Assembly (NCBI RefSeq): GCF_964355755.1 | Contig: NC_092671.1 | Location: 4,402,001 to 4,466,000, forward strand | Source of the DNA: Antedon mediterranea | Taxonomy: Eukaryota; Animalia; Echinodermata | Direction: 5' to 3' | Length of the DNA: 64,000 bases | Shown here: positions 52,897 to 64,000 of the stretch, one piece after another | How positions within the stretch are numbered: the stretch's first letter is position 1 | Layout: every line of letters starts with the position of its first letter | Notes under the pieces: model-generated | The model's database searches: none | Seen by the model: the letters and a program-made list of their open reading frames with translations, nothing else | Told to the model about the DNA's origin: nothing | Translations under genes and position numbers: made by a program

Positions 52897-53343
52897 TTTT
52901 TCTTCTGTTTAGTAATTAAAAATAATCGTATAAAGGTAACTACATGACCAGTAACATTGATAATAATAGTAATAGATGGTTTAGGCCTACAAATAACGAC
53001 GATAGTGGTATGATAAACGATACGGTAAGTCCACTTACAAACACGATTTTGTCAATACATCTAAGTAAAAGGATGTTTTTATGTATACCAATTTAGCTCA
53101 GCGCGAATTTCCTCCCAGTTCCAATTAATTAAATTATGTTGCAAGAGCTAAAAAAAAAACAGAACAAAAATCTTATCACTGGGGCTTTCATGGTATTGTT
53201 CGAACTCGATTGGATAGCGACTCTTTAACATTCTCGGCGTGGTACGGCGGAACAGCACTAGTCCTCAGTTGTACGCACGCGCACCAGAGATCAAATTGAT
53301 ACGCCCTTACAGTCTTACAGTATTTTTATTCCCGAGGCGGGAT

Positions 53344-54402
53344 GCGATTTTTTGTTTTCGTACATAAGTTGGGGACCCCCTCATGAAACGTTACAAAATA
53401 AACATGAATAATTCATCAGTTAAATTTTCTTGTTCCGTTTTCACCCAAGCGTATAGCAACAAGAAGTGATTACACAAGTGCGGTACGATTCTAGGCCTAA
53501 TCTCCGCTGTGGTTGCCGCGTGGGATTTCATAAAAGAATAGCGGCGTTTTGTGTGGATTGTCGAAATAATCAGCCTTTAAAATATGGTGTTTTTAATATA
53601 ATTTATTACTAAAGAATTACGTGTTGAAATTATAGTTTCTATTAATACTATTAGGCCTAATTGTTAGTCTCTAAACCCATGTCTATTCTAGTAGTAGCTG
53701 TGTGTGTGTGTGACGTGTCTGTGTTAGGTATGACACAGTCCGAGTAATAAGTCAGCAAAATTAAACAATAAACATTACACAAAAATACATTTTTTATTCT
53801 CATGGGTCTAATCTTCCCATCTCATGTGTTCATATACGCGCATTTTTAAAGTTCCTTTGAGTAGCCTACATGCATATTGTTTGATAATAAAATAGCAGAA
53901 TTAAAAAATTACAGTACACAAATTATACACATTTGTTATTCTTGTGGGTCTAAGCTTTCTTTGGGCTGTCCAATTACTACTTAGTTTAATGTCTTGCCTA
54001 GCTGTCGATTAGCCTCGACACATTTTGCATAGTGGTAGTGTGTGTGTGAAGAAGAGTGCGCGAAGGCAATCACGTGAATTGACCTAGAATCCTAGGCCTA
54101 CTGTAGAAAGAATCGTATCGCAGTTTAGTTGTGCCATGGATTAAAGAATATTCTATTCTTTAATCCATGGTTGTGCGTGTAATGGAGTGAGTGCAGAATC
54201 TGTTTGGGCTTTAGCCTATTCTCATTCCAGGTTATTTTTACATTGATGACCGAATAAATATTATTAATATTATTATTAATCACTTCTTGTTGCTATACGC
54301 TTGGGTGCACACGGAACAACAAATTTAACTGATGAATTATTCATGTTTATTTTGTGACGTTTCATGAGGGGGTCCCCAACTTATGTACGAAAAAAAAATC
54401 GC
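53344..54402. mobile_element. Non-autonomous Mutator-like element (MULE)
   Basis: TIRs of about 128 bp, G...C termini, 9-bp TSD AGGCGGGAT (53335-53343 and 54403-54411). Confidence 0.88.
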
Positions 54403-54884
54403 AGGCGGGATCTCCGAAGAGATACTTTTTATATATATAAACAAATCAGGCAAAGACCATTAATTCTAAACCGCCCGGTGATATACTGAAATTTAATTAA
54501 TTAATTTGAAACGATTCTGTAGATTCTGCTATAGAAAATGATACATTTTGACTTTTAGTTTTTATTCATTGCAAAAAAAACCACCCACACATTGAATTTA
54601 GAGTATATAAAAACTACATTATTGTATTACAAACATTAAAATGACAACCAAGTACAAAATATATAAAAACTACATTTTTTGAAATAACGATTGATATAAT
54701 ATTTATGTCTAACTTGATTCCGTCTCGTGAAATATTCAACGTTTCATACTTACAATTCAAACGTAATATTCAAACATTCATTATTTTGTATGATATTTTA
54801 AATGTTTGTGACAAACTTATGCTGTTGTGACATAATTCATGTTGTTTTAATGTATTATAATAGCGTTTTATTTTATCAATTATT

Positions 54885-55949
54885 TTATGATCTAACGGTA
54901 CGTTCAGCTATGTTCTTTCGAATCCTGTTAAACATTACGTCAACAAATGCCTGTCTAAATGTTTCGTTTACTACATTATATATCAAAGGATTTACAAAAG
55001 AATTAAAATATGTTCCAAAACGACAAATAGTCAAAATCCAATTTAGATCCGTTCCAATAATATCAAATAAGAATAATATAAGAAACAGATCCAATGGTAT
55101 CATGAATAAAACATAAATTGTGACGGTCACAACAACTGTCATAAGAATTTTCCGCTCCGATTTAGAGCGTTGGTCGGTTTTGCATGAATTTTTCACACTA
55201 TTTCGTGACTTTCTTAAAGAATAAACCATAAGAAAACACAACATTACAATAAGTACATTTGAAAGTATAGTTATAACAAATTGAAGCATCCACAAAATTG
55301 TACTTTCTTTGTTGTAATTGAAATTAAAACGACACGTAGTTGCGCGATTCGAGACACCTCTATACATATCAGGCCAAGGAAAAATGACGGACACTCGTTC
55401 GAAAGCAATGAATATTTGTACAAAATTCACCGAGAAGCAAAAAATCCATATAAATACGCATATTTTAACAGATCTTGAGAGAGTACCAAATCTACTTGTT
55501 TGAAACCAATAAGGTTTGCAAACTGCCATATAACGTTCAATGGAAAGCCAAGAAATTGTAAACATTGCTACATGCCAGGCAACAGAAGAAAAGAAACTCA
55601 ACAGTCCACAGTGATAGTTGTCCTCATATACATCAGCAATTGTACATGGTATCGTATATATCTCAATGTCCCAAAGAGGTGCCACGATTAAAGACATTGT
55701 ATCCGTTATTGCCAAATTAGCTAGATACACGTAAACTGATTTGTGTAATTTACTCACTATTACGATGAATGTCATTATGTTTCCAACAATACCAAAGGCT
55801 ACCATAACAGGAATGGTATTGTAACGTAAAATCCTCTCCCAGTCACTAAGAAGGAACATATATATGCAGGAATCATAGTCAGTGGTGTTAAATGTTGAAC
55901 ACCCGTATTCAGATATATCATAGGACGTATTGTCACATAACAATGACAT
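54885..55949 (-). CDS. Single-exon class A GPCR, paralogue E (354 aa from the ATG at 55949)
   Basis: Same 7TM motifs; it looks like the most divergent intact copy. Confidence 0.95.
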   Translation of the reverse strand: MSLLCDNTSYDISEYGCSTFNTTDYDSCIYMFLLSDWERILRYNTIPVMVAFGIVGNIMTFIVIVSKLHKSVYVYLANLAITDTMSLIVAPLWDIEIYTIPCTIADVYEDNYHCGLLSFFSSVAWHVAMFTISWLSIERYMAVCKPYWFQTSRFGTLSRSVKICVFIWIFCFSVNFVQIFIAFERVSVIFPWPDMYRGVSNRATTCRFNFNYNKESTILWMLQFVITILSNVLIVMLCFLMVYSLRKSRNSVKNSCKTDQRSKSERKILMTVVVTVTIYVLFMIPLDLFLILFLFDIIGTDLNWILTICRFGTYFNSFVNPLIYNVVNETFRQAFVDVMFNRIRKNIAERTVRS

Positions 55950-57032
55950 TTCCTTTGTTTTTTTGAATTCTTCCTCTGATCTTCTGTTTAGCAATTAAAC
56001 TGATTGTTTCAAATTAAATAAAAGTGTCTACAGTACATAACATGTGACGGTAATTGTAACCATAATATATGGTTATGGTTGCTTAAGCCTAAAAATAACG
56101 ATGATAGTAGTGGTTTGATAAAACTCAAGTCACCTTACAAAAACGATTTTGTAAATTCTACCGAATAAATATCCAGTTTAAGGAAGTTCAATTTATATAA
56201 CCAAAAATTAGCATACTATACTCTCCTGATTGCACTCGTAATTTAATTAATATAACTACTTTAGAATACGGTAGCGAACCGAATCGCAGAAATATATGGC
56301 GCAACCCAATGACGTAGACATAACCATCTTGTGATTGGTTACGTTGTGCACTGCCTGTTTCTTCCGTAGCCTATGTTCACGAAATTTTCTTCAAACATTA
56401 AAGTGTAAAATTTAAAAAATACAAAATAAGCATAAATGCTTATTATTATTACCTTATTTCAAGACTTTCTTCTTGGAAGGTAAACATTCTTGTCGTTGTA
56501 TGTCATAACATGGAAACCTGCAACGATGGTAATATCAAAGAACAAATAAATCCGATATCAAATCACTTTTAAAACACTGATGTAAATGCCACCGGGCCTA
56601 TGCCGGGCCAGGACAGGTTCTATTTATTTCATTAATTAGCGTCCGGCAGGATTTTATCATGTACATTTATTCACACAATTCACAATTACATTTAATATAT
56701 TTAATAGTATACCAAAAGAAGCGAGTGCTTTACAGTTTGGTAACCATTTAAATGGATTTAAATGTACAGTACATACATGCCAGACAGCATTCAACATTTT
56801 ACAGTGTTTATTCTTTCATGGTGTTATGAAGTACATGTTCACTTAATGTTAATTGGATATTTAATCGTTCGTTTATTATTTATTTATTCAATTCCAAAAT
56901 ATTGTTCTTATAAATCTAACATATTATAGTGTAACCATATAAGTGAACGTACTATTCATAAGGTTTGAAATGACAGAAATCATAATAATTACACAAGTAT
57001 CTCAAATGTAAGTACAGTAGCTTTACTTTCTT

Positions 57033-60000
57033 ATAGTCTATACCGTGCCCGCAGATCGTTCCCGAATAAACATAGTAAATTCAGCGTAAAAAACTGGCGA
57101 TTTCAAATGTACATACCACAGGACTAAAATACATGTTTACAGGAATAAATAAATAGACACGGTGATTCGTATGTAGTGAACTAAACTTAGCACCCTGGGA
57201 ATTACTTTCGAAAGAGAAAATGTCACAAAATGACTTTTTGATTCAAATTTAAACAAACCTAAGTTGTGTTTTGTGAATGATGGGGAAGAGGATGGGTGCA
57301 AAAAGAATCAATTTTTAAATATATTCTTTTATCCTCTCAGTAACGAAATATTTGTTTTATAAATAATGTACCACTAAACACAGTACAACATAATTTGTTG
57401 AAACTGTCACTGTCATAGTCGATTGAAATAGTAAAGGTCATGTAACGATACACCACTACGACGTTTATATTTTTGTTGTAATTATTAATTAATACAAACT
57501 TTGAGATGCAACTGTCAGTAACAAAATATTTGTTTTCATGTTTTATAATACCACTAAACACAATAAAACATAATTTGCTGAAACTGTCACTGTCATAGTC
57601 GATTGAAATAGTAAAGTACATGTAACGATACACCACTACGACGTTTATATTGTTTGTAATTATTAATTATTACAAACGTTGAGAAGCAACTGTCAGTAAC
57701 GAAGTATTTATTTTCATGTTTTATAAATAATATACAACTAAACACAATAAAACATAATTTGTTGAAACTGTCACTGTCATAGTCGATTGAAATAGTAAAG
57801 TACATGTAACGATACACCACTACGACGTTTATATTGTTTGTAATTATTAATTATTACAAACGTTGAGAAGCAACTGTCAGTAACGAAGTATTTATTTTCA
57901 TGTTTTATAAATAATATACAACTAAACACAATAAAACATAATTTGTTGAAACTGTCACTGTCATAGTCGATTGAAATAGTAAAGTACATGTAATGATACA
58001 CCACTACGACGTTTATATTTTTGTTGTAATTATTAATTAATACAAACTTTGAGATGCAACTGTCAGTAACAAAATATTTGTTTTCATGTTTTATAATGCC
58101 ACTAAACACAATCTATATATAAATTTACGTAAGGGCAAAATTCGGTAAATCGCGCCTTACTTTTAGAATTTTTACTCGATGGTACATAAAGTTGGTTCGT
58201 ACTTTCGGTACCGATTTTAACCGCCTGATGTAACCCTGTTTACTAATTAAATTAAGTTACATAATTAGTTATTGCCAATTAAAACGAATTTAGGTTCAAC
58301 AATTTGCCCCAAATAGGGGTGTTTTCCGATCGTGGTATACACTGTCTAATGGATGTCCATCTTGAAAAATACACGCCACAAAAATGCGAGGAGGCTTCGC
58401 ATTTTCCTATCTCCTCCTACGATAATTGTTTTTAATAGCTGAAACCCGGTTGAACAGCTCGAGTACAGTATCATAATGTTGAAGACAGGCCGATTTTCTT
58501 AAAAAGATACTATTTTGATAGATTTAATATACGTTTATGCAAATGTATTGATTTGAAATGAATGGAACATTCCAATCTCTGTTCCACAAGTGTCTATTCC
58601 CTCAGGCGTCGTAAAGGCAAGTACTGTATACTCATAACAGAAACTCGATCCGTTTTTTTTTTCAATCTGTGCTGCAGAGGTTGGATATAGATATTTTTTA
58701 ACGGATAATGAGCTAGCGTTTTCAGTCGCCGTATATTATGTACCGTACAAATCTTTATTATTGCAGTTAAACCACCCACGTGACATCATCACCCTTCCCT
58801 CACTGGCATGAGTAGCGTTGTAAAGCCAGTAGAGGATAGGCCTACGGTGCATCACATGCCCTAACGCAGAACAACTTTGGTGGGTAGGGTTAGGAACCAA
58901 CTTAAGTATGAATTGGTTCTAAGAAACAATTGAAACCCATTAGGCCTACTAATTAAGTTGAGTTTGATAATTTAATATTTATTACTCGAATTTATGGTTT
59001 GCCACGAATAGGAGTGGTTTTCACAAATTGTTTTACATTATATAAACATATTATAAACGTCGTAGTGATGTATCGTTACATGTACTGTACTATTTCAATC
59101 GACTAGGACGGTGATAGTTTCAACAAAGTATTACATCGCAATGTTTTACTGTGTGGTAGTGGTATATTATTTGTAAAACATGAAAACAATTAATATTTCG
59201 TTACTACATGGATAAAGAATATATTTAAAAATTGTTCCTCTTTGCACCCATCCTCTTTCCCATCCCTCAACCCTAATATTACATACAAAACAAAAATTAA
59301 GTTTGTTTAAATTTGACTTAAACAATTGGTCTCATTTTGTGACAAGTTTCTCTTTCGGAAGTAATTCCCAGGGTGCTAATTTTAGTTCAGTACATAAATC
59401 ACAGTGTCTATTTATTCGTTCCTGTAAATGACATGTATTATTGTCCTGCGGTACGTACATTTGAAATCGCTAGTTTTTTAACGCTGAAATTATTATGTAT
59501 TCGAGAACCATCTGTGAGCACGACCTAGATGGTACGCGAGCGAAGCGAGCGTACCATCTAGTAAAACATAATTTGTGGAAACTGTCACTGTCATAGTCGA
59601 TTGAAATAGTAAAGTACATGTAACGATACACCACTACGACGTTTATATTGTTTGTAATTATTAATTATTACAAACGTTGAGAAGCAACTGTCAGTAACAC
59701 CAATTTACAGTTAGATATGTTCGCTTCAAATGGCGATCAAAAAAAATATACCTAAAGATTATCCCCCCAAGGCCCATAATATTTACCTACTTGTTTTATA
59801 CCAAATATTTATACTGGAAGACTGAGAAATTGGAATGTTCCATTTATCGTTAATCAATACGTTTGTATAAACGTTTATTAAATCTATCAACTTAGTATTT
59901 TTTTTAAGAGAATCTACTTGTCTTTAACATTATGATGCTGTACTCTCGAGCTGTTTAACCGATTTTCAGCTATTAGAAACAATTATCGTAGAAGAAGATT

Positions 60001-60223
60001 GCGAAGCATTCTCGTATTATTGTGTGCGGGTATTTTTCAGCATGGACATCCATTAGACAATGTATAGTGTATACCATAGAAAAAACCCTATTTGGGGCAA
60101 ATCGTTGAACCTTAATTCGTTTCAAAAAATTAAAATTAGTTCCAAACGTATGAACCAACTTACCACCGAGTAAAAATTGTAGAAGTAACGCGACTTTTGC
60201 CCTTACGTAAATGTATATATAGA
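57033..60223 (-). mobile_element. Non-autonomous Helitron with internal 180-184 bp satellite, interrupted by a same-family copy
   Basis: Minus-strand A|TCTATATA... 5' end at 60223; degenerate 3' end near 57033; repeat units at about 57401, 57581, 57765, 57949 and 59579. Confidence 0.8.
58112..59561 (+). mobile_element. Complete 1.45-kb non-autonomous Helitron
   Basis: 5' TC, 3' hairpin CTAGATGGTACGC...GCGTACCATCTAG, inserted at A|T with no TSD (ACACAA|TAAAAC of the satellite unit). Confidence 0.92.
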
Positions 60224-62329
60224 TGTTTAGGCCTATACTATTTATATTAGTAGGTAGTTAAACCAAAAATGATTTCAAAGGAATTTACAAGGAGGTACAA
60301 GAAGGAGCTTGACAATCATATCATATTTCTAATGACGAAAAAACACCAGAAAACAAATATTATTGTTGTTGTTCATCCTAAAAAGCAATCACTAAGCAAT
60401 CTTTACACCGAAAACCAAGACATAAATATTGAACAGGAGAATAAGTTGCTATTCTTCAGTCAGAACTGGAAATAAAGAACAGGCCTTGGAAGCTTTTGCA
60501 AGAGACGACCATTTCCCAGACGACAGTGAAATAAATTAGGTCCTACACCAAACATGCAAATCTCATTACTTTGTATTTATCTTGATTGTATTAAAATAAA
60601 TTGTGCTGTCGCACAACGAAATGTAAATGAGAACGTCAAAATAGGTGTCAGACCAATAATTAAAATAAAACATTAAAATTAGGCCTGAAAAAAATGACAA
60701 TAATGTGGAGATGCAAAATAAAATAAGAAAAAGCTAAATCAAAACAATAAAGTCAAACAGCCAGAACAAATTAAAGACATTTGAATTTTAAAGATAGAAT
60801 TAATTTATTTTATTTAATTTTAATTTTATTTCATTTTTTAGAATTTTGATGTGATGTCTCACAATAGGCCTATTTCACTTTGATCAAAAATTGGTGAACC
60901 GTTTTTTGTTGTTGTTGTTTTTTAAAAGTGAAATCATTTATCTTTTCTGCATGTTTTAAGCATTCGTGTTTTTTACACTATAATACTGTATTATTTGCGT
61001 TGAATTTGTGAAATTTGGTTTTTAAATTATAATTCTTGCTTATAGAATTAAATGAAAACAAGATAGACATTCACATATTGATTTTTCTTATTGTGTTATT
61101 TTATTGTATTTACATAATACAATACAAAAGACAATATATAATTTACAACTTCATTATGTGTGACAAAACAAACTTTCTGTCTTGCCTTAAGATATTATAA
61201 TATAAATTCTTACAGAATTTAATAAAAACAAGATATACATTTAAATATTGATTTTTATTCTTATTGTACATTGTACTGTATATTACATAAAATCATGTCA
61301 ATACATAAAACAATATATAATTTACAAATTCAATATTTGTGTGTGACAAAACCGACTTTCTGTAAGCCAAGAGCATGACTTTATATATTGTAATATAAAT
61401 GTTATAATGTACTTAAGTTATGTTACCATGACGCGTTACTATATACACTCATCTATTTATGCCTATGCATACATTGTATACTGTATTGTATTATGCCGGA
61501 TACCCGAACCTACAAATCTAATAGTAAATGTTAACATTATTCAATGGTGAAAAATATCATTTAATAGACTGTTGTTCCTATATTCTGTCAACACGTTCGG
61601 TTATATGTTACATATTAAATATAAATGTAAAATTGTACATTTGTGTAAGTTCTGTGTACGTGTGAATCCGGCATTAGTTTGTTCCTAAACGAAAAGAATT
61701 CTCATTAACAACCTGTTTTCTACCACACAGTTCATTTAAATCTTTCTTCTTTTTCTTTTTTAAATAGATTACAACCGTAAATGTGTGTAACAAATAAATA
61801 AAAGTGTTCTAATTCCGGTTATCTCTTATATAAATTGAAAATGTTTTGGATTCAAAACAATTTATATTCTTATATTTTATTCATGATGTGTATGTTTTTA
61901 TATGTGCAATATGTTATGTTATGATATGATATGTAGTGTATAGAAAGAACATTTCTGATATTTTATATTAGACAAATAAATGCTGTAATTCATTCATTCT
62001 GGGAGACAGTTTACAGCAATTGGAGACAATCAACAAGGACTACCGACGTTATGTGCATTGTTTGTTGCTGTTCCACTGATTTTACTATACTTTAGTTGAT
62101 ATCCTATCTGAAGTTTAGCGAACAGCCCGATAGCCATATTCACCTTCAGGATGAATCTTCTCAGCAAGGACTTTTTATTTCTTACGCATCCAACAGCGAG
62201 GAACTCGCCAATTACAAGATGATCATTCTTATAAAATAATAATTAAGCGTTTATGTTTTGTGTAATAATACAATATAGTACTTCTTTCAGCACAGTTGGC
62301 CTATTATACTATTTTCAATGGTGAAACAT

Positions 62330-62519
62330 CATTTTCTTAATTCTTTTGCAGAAAACGTCAACAAATGCTTGTCTGAAACTAGTATTTACTACATTATATA
62401 TTACAGGAGTTACAGAAGAATTTAAGTATGTTCAAAAAGCCAAGAGACATCAGATCCAAGAATATTTAAAAAGTTTAATAATGCGAACATATAAATCGGT
62501 GTCATGCAGAGAACATAAA
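62330..62519 (-). pseudogene. GPCR 3' fragment (TM6 to helix 8) cut by a LINE
   Basis: AAAACGTCAACAAATGCTTGTCT...CGGTGTCATGCAGAGAACATAAA matches the paralogues. Confidence 0.85.
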
Positions 62520-63996
62520 TGGCTGAACAAGTATTAAATATGTGGAAACTTACTTACTCACTTACTTTGTTTTGGAAAAGCAACTATTATTAAGTCACTG
62601 TTTCTCCTGATATTCACGTATGTTTTCTCAAATTTACCAGACCCATCCGATTGTTTCCTTCAAGATATTCAAAGTAAAATATTTAAATGTATATGGAACG
62701 GAAAGCCCGATAAATTCAAAAGAAAATTCATGCTTAACAATTTTGACGAAGGAGGGTTAAAAATTCCCCATATTAAGAGTTACTGTACATCTCTCAAATC
62801 ATGTTGGGTGAAAAGATATCTTGATGGAAATCAATCCAAGTGGAAAGTGTTTTTAAAAAGTAAGATTAAAGAGGTTGGAGGAAATATTGTTTTCGAAACC
62901 AACTTTTCTAAATCTTCAAACATATTAAAACAATTTGAAAGGTTCCATAAAGATATACTCTCTGCGTGGAGTGAATACATTTTTGTAGAACCGTATACGA
63001 TAGAGGACATCTTAAATCTATCTTTATGGAACAACTCATGTTTGATAAAAGAGAATTTAAAGTTGAAAAAAGTTGGTTGGTTAAAAATGTAAACTATGTA
63101 AAAGATATCGTGAACAAAGAAGGGAAAATATTAGAACTAGACGAATTTAACCAAAAATATAATTTTAAACCAGACTTCTTATTATATCACCAGATTGTAA
63201 ATTCAATTCCAAAGCTCTGGAAACAGAAATTAATTGAACAAGGTGTAAACACAACTAATGAAGTTGAATCTAAATTACAGACATTCATTTCTGTGAAAAC
63301 GAGAAATTGTCATTATATTTATAAAAACATTATATTAAAAAATGTTGAAGAGCCAATTGGAATTGAATCCAAATGGGAAAAGGAGTTTGACAACAAACTT
63401 GATTGGAACAACCTTTTCTCAAATTTACACGCCTGTACAAATGACACTAAGCTAAAAAATGTTCAATTTAAATTTATTCATCGTATAATTTATACAAATA
63501 CAATGCTCTTTAAGATGTCAAAGGTCGATTCACCTATGTGTAGTTTTTGCAAGGAAAAGCAGGAAACACTTCTACATATGTTCTTTGAATGTGATCTCAT
63601 GGTAAAGAAAATATGGGAAAATGTAAAACAATATATGTATCGAAATATCAACAATAACTTAATTATCACCAAAGAAAGTATATGTTTTGGTTTTGGAAAA
63701 ACACACAGTGATGCAAACATTTTAATTTTAATTACAAAGTGGTACATATTTAGTTGCAAAATCAAAAAACAATTACTTAATTATAATCATTTATTTCACA
63801 TTTACCAAAAATACAAAGCAACCATATTATTAACAAAATGATTATTATAAAGTGTATTTTTGCGATACATTATTTTTTTTTTCTTAAATTTCATTACTCT
63901 CTTATTTTTGAGAGAGTATTATATCGTTTTAATGGTTACGTTACCTTTATATATTAATGTTGTATTATGTATGTGTTAGGGTTAGGGAAAAAAAAA
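62520..63996 (+). mobile_element. 5'-truncated Tx1/L1-clade LINE, frameshifted
   Basis: GKATIIKSL, EGGLKIP, KFIHRI, C-terminal zinc finger CSFCKEKQETLLHMFFEC, A-tail. AGAGA after the tail matches the start of the left flank AGAGAACATAAA (probable TSD). Confidence 0.9.
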
Positions 63997-64000
63997 GAGA

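Noticed and set aside
57337-58109. Repeat array as CRISPR, or its ORFs as genes
   Set aside because: Contiguous 180-184 bp units with no unique spacers, inside a Helitron, in eukaryotic DNA.
1-64000. Both window ends share about 220 bp, suggesting a circle or a giant direct repeat
   Set aside because: They are two LINE 3' ends with different tails and different downstream flanks.

Overview
AT-rich eukaryotic (metazoan, most likely marine invertebrate) genomic DNA, not prokaryotic. The host content is a tandem array of intronless class A (rhodopsin-like) GPCR paralogues, all on the minus strand. Five ORFs are intact (11372-12439, 16646-17686, 26701-27726, 40387-41451, 54885-55949) and at least six are fragments or pseudogenes. 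Most copies have a conserved upstream module containing the motif AGAGGGCGCTCT. The array is embedded in dense, nested mobile DNA: a young full-length BEL/Pao LTR retrotransposon (3002-9172), CR1/L2 and Tx1-like LINEs (two inserted inside GPCR coding sequence), non-autonomous Helitrons carrying internal satellites, Helentron-type HINEs, and Kolobok-, MULE-, Harbinger- and Tc1-type MITEs. The main leads are: (1) a same-orientation CTCF-core-like element upstream of most receptors; (2) patchwork exchange of ligand-facing segments between paralogues; (3) tiny CA...TG palindromes with 7-bp duplications, plus TA-GGCC-TA insertions, that look like transposon excision footprints; (4) a Helitron nested antiparallel in its own family's satellite; (5) a LINE copy whose tail carries TTAGGG repeats. 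All calls were made by eye; no searches or alignments were run.
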